Origin: Eledone cirrhosa
Taxonomy: Eukaryota
DNA length: 64,000 bases
NCBI GenBank assembly: GCA_964016885.1
Contig: OZ024741.1
Span: forward strand, 234,422,001 to 234,486,000
Direction of reading: 5' to 3'
Shown here: positions 39,510-52,700 of the stretch, one piece after another
Layout: each line of letters opens with the position of its first letter
Position numbering within the stretch: position 1 is the stretch's first letter
Position numbers and translations under genes: made by a program
The notes under the pieces: model-generated
Databases searched by the model: none
Told to the model about the DNA's origin: nothing
The model's input: the letters and a program-made list of their open reading frames with translations, nothing else

Positions 39510-40308
39510 TACTTGGGGAGGGTCATATTTGTGTAATATTGCCAGAATTAATAACAGAACACACTCACTGTTTGGTTGGTTTTCGCTTCTCGCTGTCTTT
39601 TATATCTGCGATCTAACTTAATCGGTCCTCAATGTTGCCATCGACTGACCGACGGTCAAAAATAATACAGATACAATATAGACACAAACACATATATATA
39701 GTTTACATAATTTACATAAATCTTTCGTTGCACATCTGCAACATCGTCAGTGGTGTTATATTTTTTTCCTCCTGTTGTGTTGTATGTCTACGCCATTTTT
39801 TATTCAGTCTGTCTATATATTTATTTATTTATTTGCTTGATTGTTTATTTTATTTTGTCTTCTTTGCGCATGCGTTTGCGTGTGTGTATAGTGTTACGTT
39901 TGCTGTGTGACTAGTGTGTATAGTGTTGTGTCTGCTGGGTGACTAGTGTGTGTTTATGTGCTTGTGTATGTATTTATTTATCTTATTTTATTTTATTTTA
40001 TTTACTTATTTATACTTCTCTTAGGTCAGTGTTGTTTGTTTGGGTGTTGTTGTTGTTCCACTCATTCTTTCTGTTTAGCTTTGGTCTTCTAATTTCTATT
40101 TCACTGGCCTCTCTGATTTGCCAATCTGTTGGGTCATTCCTATGTTTAGATATTATTCTAATTTCTATGTTGTCTATGTTACCGTCATGTTGTTGTCTAG
40201 CATGTTCGTATAGTACTGACCCGTTTTTTTCGTCCTTTTAGTTCCCCCCAGTGTTGGTCTATCCTTTCACCTATGCTACGAGCTGTTTCGCCTGTGTATG
40301 TTGTTGTC
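39503..40308 (-). mobile_element. Penelope-like 3' fragment (GIY-YIG plus terminal region)
   Basis: YTGETARSIGERIDQH..QIREASEI..PKLNRKNEWN; hammerhead-like CTGACGA T GTTGCA-GATG-TGCAAC GAAA at 39714-39752. Confidence 0.85.
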
Positions 40309-40631
40309 ATATATATATATAAATATATAAATATATATATGTCGAGATATATATATATATAAATATATATATGTCTATATATATATATAAATATATATAT
40401 ATGTCTATATAAATATATATATGTCTATATATATATATATATATAAATATAAATGAGAGGTATAGAGATTGTTTTAGCGAGAAGCTAATAGCATTCTATA
40501 ACATATATGCGACTATAACGTCAAGATGGGAAAAGTAGTTAACGTAAGATTTAGGAAAAATAATTCAAACTCATCTCAAAAGAGAATCAGGATACAAATT
40601 CATCCACAGAATTTAGTGCAATCTAGGGAAG

Positions 40632-40707
<76 letters not shown>

Positions 40708-40740
40708 TATATATGTCTATATATATATATATATATATAT

Positions 40741-40856
40741 ATAAGTTGAAAAAAATGAAAACGAAATTTCATTTCTCACTCTTAGTATGGCACTTACTTA
40801 AATGTAAGTATGTATGTATACGTACATACATATATGTATACAGACGTACAGTAGTA

Positions 40857-40894
<38 letters not shown>

Positions 40895-41322
40895 CAGGTA
40901 CACATACATATATGCACGCATCAGTTTAGCGGACGCTTATTATAACGCCGCTTTGTTCGTTTGTCAACAAACTGAACAGCCTGAATTTATGCCATACGGT
41001 GTTAAGGCAACCACGTCACCTTTTTGTTCAACACTGACACAGGAACGATGTACTAGTTTCAAGCTTGTTAGCTATCATCAGCACCGTTTACCCATCTGCC
41101 AGATAGTTGAACGTTCGAAAGTATATACTTTCCTTATGAAAATTAACGGCTGAGCAGCCTAATTTGCATAATGAGTGAGTTACATCGGTCAGGCATACCG
41201 AAAACGATAAGTTGAAAAAAATGAAAACGAAATTTCATTTCTCACTCTTAGTATGGCACTTACTTAAATGTAAGTATGTATGTATACGTACATACATATA
41301 TGTATACAGACGTACAGTAGTA

Positions 41323-41376
<54 letters not shown>

Positions 41377-41560
41377 CAGGTACACATACATATATGCACG
41401 CATCAGTTTAGCGGACGCTTATTATAACGCCGCTTTGTTCGTTTGTCAACAAACTGAACAGCCTGAATTTATGCCATACGGTGTTAAGGCAACCACGTCA
41501 CCTTTTTGTTCAACACTGACACAGGAACGATGTACTAGTTTCAAGCTTGTTAGCTATCAT
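40741..41560 (-). repeat. Head-to-tail repeat, period 466-482 bp, about 1.75 units
   Basis: 40741-41078 matches 41207-41560 except TA length; a further piece at 63940-64000. Confidence 0.9.
41044..41088 (-). ncRNA. Type I hammerhead, best-formed in the window
   Basis: AACGGTG CTGATGA T AGCT-AACA-AGCT T GAAA CTAG TA CATCGTT; 7-bp stem I, palindromic ACTAGT stem III, GUA site. Confidence 0.78.
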
Positions 41561-41911
41561 ATAAAAATTTAGGGCAAATGTATCTATATGTCTGTATTAT
41601 ACAGACAGAAATGGTTACATCGTAAATATAAGAATATAAAGTCGCGCGCATAAAAACGCCTGGACACTCGTACACTTAGATGCGGAAAGAAAGGAGGTAA
41701 AGAGAGTATAATAATTAAAAGAAAAGTATCAGTCTCGATATATTTATAAAAATATAGTAACGATAAATTAGAAAGAAAAGATAGAAAGAAAAAATTAAAG
41801 AAAACAAAAAAAGGGGGGGTACATACATACACAGACACGCGTGTCTCACAAAAGAAATGTAAAAATAATTAAACTTATATACACACGCGCACTTACACTT
41901 CCATACGTTCG

Positions 41912-41942
<31 letters not shown>

Positions 41943-43120
41943 TACTTATACTCGCGCATATAAACCTGTTTGCATGCCCACGTATGAAACTGAGTAAGTA
42001 ACAAAAGAGGGAAGGGGGGGGGGGGAGAAGAAAAAAGGAACAAAAACATAAAACCGAAATGTCAAAAACACGGATATAAAGACACTTACACATACGCATA
42101 ATATATACATACACACACACACAAACACCTGTACACACACACATACATACACGCATATATATATATATATAAATATACATACACGCACGCGCGCGCACAT
42201 ACGTAGTCACTCATGTACATATATAAAAAGTATACACACATTAAGGCGTTCAGCCATATTGAAATGTGGATAAATGAGTACAAATATAAAATTGTAAGAT
42301 AGGCTGCGCAAAAATAAAATAAAAATAAAAATGAAAAATATCTGGTTTGAAAAGCACAAAAGACAAGTATAATCAGTTAGTGGAGGAAAAAGGGAAGTAA
42401 AAGAAGGGGAAGTAAAAAATTAGGGACGCACGTACATACACATATATCTATAAATAACATATATCCTTAAAAATATTTATACACACAAATACGTACAGAC
42501 AAAAGCTCATGTATGCGTACATACATACACACGAGGCACGTATATATATATATATATATATATATATTTTTATCTCGCCCCATGTATATCTAATCACACG
42601 TACGTACGCGACTATATACACACCCATACATACGCATACACACATTCACGTACAATCACCCGCTTACGCACGCACGTAAAAATAAGAATGTAAAAAACAT
42701 AGATGTAAAAACATAGATATAAAAACACACATATATATACACGCTCGCACGCACACACACAGAGGCGCTCGTATACATATACAGAACGTATACACACATA
42801 AAAACACTCAGACATATAGATACAGAGTATAAAGCAGCCTTATGAATAAATGAGTACTAATATAAAAACTGCTGCGAAACAACAGAATAAATCTGGAGTC
42901 GAAAACGCAAGTGACAAGTGAAATCAGGTAGTGAAAGAAAATGGGGGAGTAACATGTGGAATGCGAAGTTATTAGGTAAGTGAATCGAAGAGTAGGGGGG
43001 GGGGGGGTACTGGTAGATGTGAAGTAAAAAAATAAAATTAAAAATAAAGTTAAAAATGAAAGTAAATCAGAAAAAGAAGTCTGTAAAGAGAATAATTTAA
43101 GGAAAGTGAAGAATAAGAGA

Positions 43121-43479
43121 TTATGGAGGATAAGTATCTGAAAGTGAATTAAGTTTATATGAGCTGGAAAGCAAGTGTGATTTCATGTGTGGGCAACTGG
43201 TGAAAATTTCCGTTTTTGTATTTAGCCAGGTTTTTGGTGATTTAACGTTTTGTAAAATCCAATATTTTTCACTTATGCAGAGTGCGCATCTTCTTGTACG
43301 AAAGGGGCACAAAGAATTGTTCTTTGTGTACCACTGAAAAATATAAGATTTTGCTAAACTTGAGAGCCACTTCTGCTTGCCTAAACTCAAAGACCGAGAT
43401 CTTCAGATGTTGTCCTCATCTGAAATCACATCTGACCTGTAACTGGATTGATACTCCTATGATAAATCAACCGCCTTGA
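43121..43479. pseudogene. Two divergent Penelope-like C-terminal fragments fused head-to-head
   Basis: Minus: CALCISEKYWIL..LNTKTEIFTSCPH; plus: CSLCTTEKYKIL..LNSKTEIFRCCPH. Confidence 0.8.
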
Positions 43480-43664
43480 ACTCCTTTCCTGCTCTTTACT
43501 TCTACTACGGTTTCTTTATTTACTGAATCCACGTTCTGTACCCTTGTATTCTTTTTCTCCCTTATCTCCCCTTATATTTCACCTTTTCTTATGTCTTCTC
43601 CCCCCTCCCATATATTCTTTTTGCCTTACCCTTCACATACCATATATGTATGTGTATGTATGTG

Positions 43665-43718
<54 letters not shown>

Positions 43719-43733
43719 GATAGCCCAGGTTTT

Positions 43734-43795
43734 TTTCATTCTGATGATTGAAGGCAACATTTTTTTTGCTTTTAAGAAACCACTGGTGAATGGAA
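43734..43795 (+). ncRNA. Hammerhead motif with non-cleavable GUG site
   Basis: Paralog of 45058-45117. Confidence 0.5.
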
Positions 43796-43816
43796 TAATT
43801 GCCTTATGTTGTTTAT

Positions 43817-43961
43817 TACAATATAAACAGTCTTATAAATAGATAGATTTGACATACCTTACAACTTCAACTTCCATTTAAAAAGTTGATTTGGTAGTAA
43901 ATGGAAGTTGAAGTTGTAAGGTATGTCAAATCTATCTATTTATAAGACTGTTTATATTGTA
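43817..43961. repeat. Perfect hairpin, 64-bp arms, 17-nt loop
   Basis: 43817-43880 vs 43898-43961. Confidence 0.92.
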
Positions 43962-44023
43962 TTTTGTCTGATGAAGGCATACCATATTTTTAATATGATA
44001 TCCCTGAAATATATATAATGAAA
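43962..44023 (+). ncRNA. Minimal hammerhead motif
   Basis: TTTTGT CTGATGA AGG-C-ATA-C-CATATT-TTT-AATATG-A-TAT-C-CCT GAAA TATATA TA ATGAAA. Confidence 0.6.
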
Positions 44024-44151
44024 TAAATATGGTTTTATAAATATAGTTTCCATTTATTTAATATCGTAAATATACTCCAAATACTTGTTGAGTGCTTTTA
44101 TATCAGTTATAAATATTTACTCGTTGTAACCCAACAATTTAAATAAAACTT

Positions 44152-44228
<77 letters not shown>

Positions 44229-44643
44229 ATATATGTATATGTGTGTGTGTGTTTGTGTATGCGTATGTATGTGGTTATGTATTTGTATATGTATATATAT
44301 GTGTGAGAGTGTGTGTATGTATGTACGTTTTCGTACGTATGTGTACGTGCATTTGTGTGTATTGCTTACCGCACGTGTCTGTTCATCTATTCGTCGTTTG
44401 TATCGCTGTCAACTGTATAATAGTCTTTATGATTTTATTTTATATATATATATATATTTTTTCTTATATTTATTTGCGTGTGTTAATATGTAGAGGTGTG
44501 TGTATATATATTTTTCTAATTTTGTACATGCATATGTATGCATTTATGTATGTGTATGTATGTACGTGTGTATATAGGTATGATTGTGTGCATGTATGTA
44601 TGTATATGTATGTGTGTATGGCTATGTATGTGTATATGTATGC

Positions 44644-44689
<46 letters not shown>

Positions 44690-45057
44690 GTTTGTATATA
44701 TATATGTGTGTGTATATATGTGTGTGTGGTTGTATATATGTAATGTATGTGTATGTATGGATGTGTTGATATTTATGTGCGTATGTATGTATGTGTATGT
44801 GTGTATTTATATACACATATATATGTGTATATGTGTGTGTGTATGTATGAGTGTATGTATGTATGTATATATATATATATATATTATATATATGTGTGTG
44901 TGTGTGTATGTATGCTTTTGTGTGTGTGTGTGTGTTTGCATGTGTGTTTTTATTTTTTTAATTTTTTTTTCCTTTCCTTCTTCTTTCTCCAGCCTCACTT
45001 TCATATAGATTGCATTTTTGTTTTTAAAATCCAAATTCAATAAACAGACCAGGATTT

Positions 45058-45117
45058 TTTCATTCTGATGATTGAAAGCAAAATTTTTTGCTTTTAAGAA
45101 ACCACTGGTAAATGGAA
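45058..45117 (+). ncRNA. Type I hammerhead motif, GUA site
   Basis: TTTCATT CTGATGA TTGAAAGCAAAA..TTTTGCTTTTAA GAAA CC-ACT-GG TA AATGGAA. Confidence 0.68.
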
Positions 45118-45186
45118 TAATTGCCTTATGTTGTTTATTACATAACTATATATATATATACACATACATATATATATATATATACA

Positions 45187-45254
<68 letters not shown>

Positions 45255-45345
45255 TGTATGTGTGTATATATATGGGGGTGGGGTATTCGTAGATAAAATG
45301 TCTAGGAAAACAATGCTCAACCTATTGCAAGAGAGCTTATTTAGC

Positions 45346-45448
45346 ATAAAGTTTCATACACTTAACAAATATGCACGAACTTAGGTTTAGGGGTCCAGAT
45401 ATGGCCAACACTGAGAGGGTCGCGCATGTTAAGTGTATGAAACTTTAT
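45346..45448. repeat. 22-bp perfect inverted repeat, 59-bp spacer
   Basis: ATAAAGTTTCATACACTTAACA / TGTTAAGTGTATGAAACTTTAT. Confidence 0.8.
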
Positions 45449-46934
45449 TTCTTCTATATATATATACATATATGCGAAAGCGCAAATCATTTTTGATTTT
45501 ACAATACACACGGATGTAATATCATATGTGTCAAACGTGACACAGCACCGTTTTCATTGTTCTTTAGTTGTATGTTTGTGTGAGTGTATGTAGTGTTAAT
45601 TAATTACATAAATATATACATACATACATATATATAAATACATAGGAATATATTTCTATATCGATGTAGATATATATACACACGTTTGTATCGAAATGCA
45701 CTATTTTCCGTGCGTACTGAAGATTGATGTGTGTGTCTGTATTGCTAACTAAACGTGTATATATTTACATGTGTATATGTGTGTGTTTGAAGTAGTTTAG
45801 TGTTCAACTGTTTAGAAGAGGTGCTCGAAAGAGGGACGATCTCCTTCCTGAAGACTATCCACTGAAAGGTAAGTACTCCCCACCTCAACACCTCCTCTCT
45901 TGCCTCGTAATTTCGTCCCATTCCCACCCCGTTTCATTACCACTATATTCATCCACCCACCCCGCCCTCATTTTGTTTTGCACCTGACCACTACCGCCTT
46001 CCTGCACATACACACACATCTTCCGTCGCTACATCACAGAACAACTACCTTCTTCTGTATAAGTATTTTCTATTTCAATGTTAAACTTCATAAGACAATA
46101 GTATTTGTTCTTCTGTGCACATTCACTACCCGAGCGCTGTATTAGAGTCTCCATCTATCTATTTCAGTCTATATATATCAAGCTCTCATTCTTTACATAT
46201 TTTAGACAGGTTATCTTCTAATATCATTTTTTATTTGCCGCTAATATCACCACCACTCCACAAAATTTAAACAACTTTGCCAGAGAGCCTACACCTAGTC
46301 ACTTGACTTGCTAAAAATAGCAACCAAATTTTCCTCAGATGACACATCCTAAAATCTTAATTAAGAAAAAAGTCAAGTTGGATATTGTAACTCTACATAC
46401 ACCTAAACCGATGGGATGGTCATTATTGAAATACCTTTCTTTGATCATAGATCTACTCGTTCGGTGTTAACCTGTGGCTAAACATATAAAGTTGTGAATC
46501 CTTTGCACACACACATATATATATAGGCAGGCCCACACATACATGATGTGTGAGTATACATTCCGATTCTGTTTAACTGAAATGTGTTCCATTGGAGGAC
46601 GTATGCCTCACGCTATCAAGATTTATTGTTCACTCCCCTCCATTCTTATCCATTGTAAATGTTTATCTAATCAACTATTTAAAGAAGTGGAATGTCCTAT
46701 ATAGCTATATCAATTCTCTTAACATCATTATTTTCTTAATGGATATAAATCTTTCTTGTGTACATCGATCGTCTGGAAACATTCAATCTTCAGGAATACA
46801 TGCGATTATATATATATATATATTGATGAGGTTATAGGGCATATTCGCTATAAACCCATTTGCTCACAATTACTCAATGAGATGGTTTGAATGTGTATCG
46901 AGCAAAACTTGTCTCACAGTACTAACCAAGTGTG

Positions 46935-46987
<53 letters not shown>

Positions 46988-47397
46988 ACTACACAAAATT
47001 GTAGAAACTCGTGATTAATCATTTTGTCGCTTGAAGGTTTGCATCTAACGAGAAACTCTGAGTAACGAGCAGTATACTCGGCACCTTTGGATGAATATGG
47101 AAACTCTACTACTATATGGAGTACTTTTCCTCTCGCTTATGTGTCCAAACCTGGCTATCATTGACAATGGATTTCGTTTTAAAAATTATATGTACACGGG
47201 TAGAAGTCATTTCTGTATGAAATAAATATATCTTCTCTACCAATGTATGGAGTGCCTTATTTAACTGTTGTTCTCTTCCGATCCTCTTCGGAGAACCATT
47301 CTTAATTATATATACATGTGTGTAAATGAATTAGTGGCTCGGATCAAATTAAGAAGATTTTTCTGAAACGAAATCTATTGTCAATATATATGTAATG

Positions 47398-47536
47398 GTT
47401 TCTAATTTAAGCACAACGCCAACAATTTTCTTTTTGGTGGGGATAGATTAAATCGACCGTAGTGCATTACTGGTGCTTTATTTTTATCAATCCCGTCAGG
47501 ATGAAAAGCAAATGTAACCTCGGCGGGATTTGAACT

Positions 47537-47538
<2 letters not shown>
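47398..47538 (-). mobile_element. Older Meta-SINE-like fragment
   Basis: GAGTTCAAATCCCGCCGAGG..CTTTTCATCC..GATAAAA on minus. Confidence 0.7.
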
Positions 47539-47584
<46 letters not shown>

Positions 47585-47713
47585 GCACACACATACATAT
47601 GACCCCATTTTCTTGTAGAATGCTGCCTAAGTGTTAAGTAAAAAATGTTTCATGTCTGGCAGTTCCATTTTTAGGTATCATTTTACTGCTCTCTAATGTT
47701 ATATACACACACA

Positions 47714-47775
<62 letters not shown>

Positions 47776-48558
47776 TTCTACAAGACTAGAACTGTTTCAT
47801 TACTTACTGTAGTTACCCCCAATTTAACCCAGGAAACAACTTTCATTCGAAGGAAATCATATAAAGTATGTGTGAGTACACGAAATGCGAACTAGGAAGG
47901 AACATTGTTTCTCTGTATAAACAGGAATGGTGAATTTCATGACATCGCTTTGCGTTCTGGGTTCAAATTCCACCAAGGTCAACTTTGCATTGATCCCCCA
48001 GTGGTCGATATAATTGTAAATTTGGTAAGTCTTTACAATTACACAAGCACAAAATATGTAGGAAATAAATAGATATCTCCTACAAAGCATGACCAGTGTA
48101 ATAATCACCCCCAGACCCGAGAACTCCGAGTATGCCCACCTTAAATTAAAAAAAACAATAATTTCCGGCAGTTTTAAAGGTCAGAATCGTTGAAAACATA
48201 CCCAAAAACCATAGGGAAAACAATTTTTATCTCCAACATGAGATGGGTGTAATTGTAAAAATATACCATTTTCATGTTTCTATAAGTCATTGTATAGAAC
48301 TATAAAAAAGAATTTTTTAAAATGGACGGTCTAGCCAAGATATTTATCAATGTGGAAACCATATATCGTTCAGACAACGGCAATAAGTCTTCAACTTGCC
48401 TTGCAGTTTCTTGCCTGGGGAATGGAAATGATTAATGGCGGGCGGGAGTATCCATGCAGAGTCGTATGCCCCGCAAGTGTTTAGCGAAACGGCCTGTCAG
48501 ATGGCGGCCTGTTTGTCCGATGTATATGGACCCACAAAGAGAACAGAAGGGCCTAGAC

Positions 48559-48745
48559 CAGACATGTCAAACATGTGGCCCTTTACAAGCATACCTGCGG
48601 CCCACACAAAGGTTTTTACAGTGTGAGCATGTTTTATCTTCGTAGTATAAAATAAAAGAATTAGTTGTAATGTGTGCAATTAGTTGTAGTGTTTAGCCCT
48701 CAGTCAACATATGGCCCTCGGGGAAGCCTCAGTTTGACATGCTTG
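48559..48745. mobile_element. hAT (Charlie-like) MITE, 187 bp
   Basis: TIR CAGACATGTCAAAC / GTTTGACATGCTTG; 8-bp TSD GCCTAGAC / GCTTAGAC; subterminal GGCCC motifs. Confidence 0.75.
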
Positions 48746-49149
48746 GCTTAGACTACATAGATGGATGTGTAGATGAAAGAGTGCAGATATGGAATGAGAG
48801 TTGTGAGGTTAGAAACGAAGGGACAGGTGTTACATCAGGAGCGAGAACAAGGATGGGACACAGGTGAAGTACTAGGAGGAGAAGGGAAGGAGCTGCGTAG
48901 AAAGAAGTCACAGAGATTACGGGCATGCTCAAAGGTGGTGATAGATGGGTTTGGAAACAAAGCAAAAAGTGATGGGGTCAGAAGAGAGGGGGTGGAATCA
49001 GAGGTGGATATGTTACCAGAGTGATATGTAAGAGGGAAAGAAGGCGTCTGTTGGGAGGCCAGTGGTGGGGTGATAGGGCTGTATTGCAGCGGGGGGGGGG
49101 GGATCATGGGTGCAGGTGAGGGCAACTTAGATCAGGATGTATGTGTGTG

Positions 49150-49420
49150 CATGTCCAAATAAATGAGATCGAGATCGTGTAGGTGTCACAACAAAAAAAC
49201 TCCACGCTGTAATGTGGCCGTGTAGGTAAGACGGTAAAAAATTCCCAGTACCACACTGTAAATGTGGTTGGTGTTAGGAAGGGCATCCAGCCGTAGAAAA
49301 CCTGCCAGATAGTCCTATATGAGCGAGACACGGTCACCCAACTAACCTTGGCTCAAGTGGGACAACTCCTTTCTAACCCATGCCAGCATGGAAGATGGAC
49401 GTTAAACGAAGATGATGATG
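49150..49420 (+). mobile_element. RTE family B 3' UTR fragment
   Basis: Matches 20245-20520. Confidence 0.8.
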
Positions 49421-49703
49421 TATGTATATGTATATATATATATTCTTCTTGATCGGCCGAATTTACACGAGTTTATATATAGATATGCATGTATATATAT
49501 ATATATGCATATATATTTATGTTTTTATATCTATAAGACTCACCCTCCATTATTCTCAGGATGAGGTTTATACCTAGTAGGCAAAACCTTCCTCAACTTT
49601 CGATCCCCTCTCATCCACCTCCCTTAGCGGTAACCATACCTCCCCTACTACCCTGTCCACATTTTTCTCCAAGCTTCCTGCCCCCTTCCTAGTCCCAAGA
49701 TAA

Positions 49704-52700
49704 AAGTGTCCAGGCCCCACTGTAATGTGGTCATGTCGGTGACATAAAAAAGGTCCTCAGTCCACACTGTAAATTGGTCATGTAGTTGTTACGACAGAAA
49801 GTGCCCAGTCCACACTGTAAATTGGTCATGTAGTTGTTACGACAGAAAGTGCCCAGTCCACACTGTAAAGTGGTCGTGTAGTTGTTACGACAGAAAGTGC
49901 GCAGTCCACACTGTAAAGTGATCATGTAGGTGTTACGACAGAAAGTGCCCAGTCCACACTGTAAAGTGGTCATGTAGTTGTTACGACAGAAAGTGCGCAG
50001 TCCACACTGTAAAGTGATCATGTAGGTGTTACGACAGAAAGTGCCCAGTCCACACTGTAAATTGGTCATGTAGTTGTTACGACAGAAAGTGCGCAGTCCA
50101 CACTGTAAAGTGATCATGTAGGTGTTACGACAGAAAGTGCCCAGTCCACACTGTAAAGTGATCATGTAGTTGTTACGACAGAAAGTGCCCAGTCCACACT
50201 GTAAAGTGGTCGTGTAGGTGTTACGACAGAAAGTGTCCAGTCCACACTGTAAAGTGGTCGTGTAGTTGTTACGACAGAAAGTGAGCAGTCCACACTGTAA
50301 AGTGGTCGTGTAGTTGTTACGACAGAAAATGCGCAGTCCACACTGTAAAGTGGTCGTGTAGGTGTTACGACAGAAAGTGCGCAGTCCACACTGTAAAGTG
50401 GTCGTGTAGGTGTTACAACAGAAAGTGCCCAGTCCACACTGTAAAGTGGTCGTGTAGTTGTTACGACAGAAAGTGCCCAGTCCACACTGTAAAGTGGTCG
50501 TGTAGTTGTTACGACAGAAAGTGAGCAGTCCACACTGTAAAGTGGTCGTGTAGTTGTTACAACAGAAAGTGCCCAGTCCACACTGTAAAGTGGTCATGTA
50601 GTTGTTACGACAGAAAGTGCCCAGTCCACACTGTAAAGTGGTCATGTAGTTGTTACGACAGAAAGTGCCCAGTCCACACTGTAAAGTGGTCATGTAGTTG
50701 TTACAACAGAAAGTGCCCAGTCCACACTGTAAATTGGTCATGTAGTTGTTACGACAGAAAGTGCCCAGTCCACACTGTAAAGTGATCATGTAGTTGTTAC
50801 AACAGAAAGTGTCCAGTCCACACTGTAAAGTGATCATGTAGTTGTTACGACAGAAAGTGCGCAGTCCACACTGTAAAGTGGTCGTGTAGTTGTTACGACA
50901 GAAAGTGTCCAGTCCACACTGTAAAGTGATCATGTAGTTGTTACAACAGAAAGTGTCCAGTCCACACTGTAAAGTGATCATGTAGTTGTTACGACAGAAA
51001 GTGCGCAGTCCACACTGTAAAGTGGTCGTGTAGTTGTTACGACAGAAAGTGTCCAGTCCACACTGTAAAGTGATCATGTAGTTGTTACAACAGAAAGTGT
51101 CCAGTCCACACTGTAAAGTGATCATGTAGTTGTTACGACAGAAAGTGCGCAGTCCACACTGTAAAGTGGTCGTGTAGTTGTTACGACAGAAAGTGTCCAG
51201 TCCACACTGTAAAGTGATCATGTAGTTGTTACAACAGAAAGTGTCCAGTCCACACTGTAAAGTGATCATGTAGTTGTTACGACAGAAAGTGCGCAGTCCA
51301 CACTGTAAAGTGGTCGTGTAGTTGTTACGACAGAAAGTGCCCAGTCCACACTGTAAAGTGGTCGTGTAGGTGTTACAACAGAAAGTGTCCAGTCCACACT
51401 GTAAAGTGGTCGTGTAGGTGTTACAACAGAAAGTGTCCAGTCCACACTGTAAAGTGGTCGTGTAGTTGTTACGACAGAAAGTGCCCAGTCCACACTGTAA
51501 AGTGGTCGTGTAGGTGTTACAACAGAAACTGCCCAGTCCACACTGTAAAGTGGTCATGTAGTTGTTACAACAGAAAGTGCCCAGTCCACACTGTAAAGTG
51601 GTCATGTAGTTGTTACGACAGAAAGTGCCCAGTCCACACTGTAAAGTGGTCATGTAGTTGTTACGACAGAAAGTGCCCAGTCCACAATGTAAATTGGTCA
51701 TGTAGTTGTTACGACAGAAAGTGCCCAGTCCACACTGTAAATTGGTCATGTAGTTGTTACGACAGAAAGTGCCCAGTCCACACTGTAAATTGGTCATGTA
51801 GTTGTTACGACAGAAAGTGCCCAGTCCACACTGTAAATTGGTCATGTAGTTGTTACGACAGAAAGTGCCCAGTCCACACTGTAAAGTGGTCGTGTAGGTG
51901 TTACAACAGAAAGTGTCCAGTCCACACTGTAAAGTGGTCATGTAGTTGTTACGACAGAAAGTGCCCAGTCCACACTGTAAATTGGTCATGTAGTTGTTAC
52001 GACAGAAAGTGCCCAGTCCACACTGTAAATTGGTCATGTAGTTGTTACGACAGAAAGTGCCCAGTCCACACTGTAAAGTGGTCATGTAGTTGTTACGACA
52101 GAAAGTGCCCAGTCCACACTGTAAATTGGTCATGTAGTTGTTACGACAGAAAGTGCCCAGTCCACACTGTAAAGTGGTCGTGTAGGTGTTACAACAGAAA
52201 GTGTCCAGTCCACACTGTAAAGTGGTCATGTAGTTGTTACGACAGAAAGTGCCCAGTCCACACTGTAAATTGGTCATGTAGTTGTTACGACAGAAAGTGC
52301 CCAGTCCACACTGTAAAGTGGTCGTGTAGGTGTTACAACAGAAAGTGTCCAGTCCACACTGTAAAGTGGTCATGTAGTTGTTACGACAGAAAGTGCCCAG
52401 TCCACACTGTAAATTGGTCATGTAGTTGTTACGACAGAAAGTGCCCAGTCCACACTGTAAATTGGTCATGTAGTTGTTACGACAGAAAGTGCCCAGTCCA
52501 CACTGTAAATTGGTCATGTAGTTGTTACGACAGAAAGTGCCCAGTCCACACTGTAAAGTGGTCGTGTAGGTGTTACGACAGAAAGTGCCCAGTCCACACT
52601 GTAAATTGGTCATGTAGTTGTTACGACAGAAAGTGCCCAGTCCACACTGTAAAGTGGTCATGTAGTTGTTACGACAGAAAGTGCCCAGTCCACACTGTAA

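Noticed and set aside
45849-45872. CTGAAGA...GAAA match (also CTGATGA at 59592)
   Set aside because: No stem II or stem I pairing; the second lies inside RTE coding sequence
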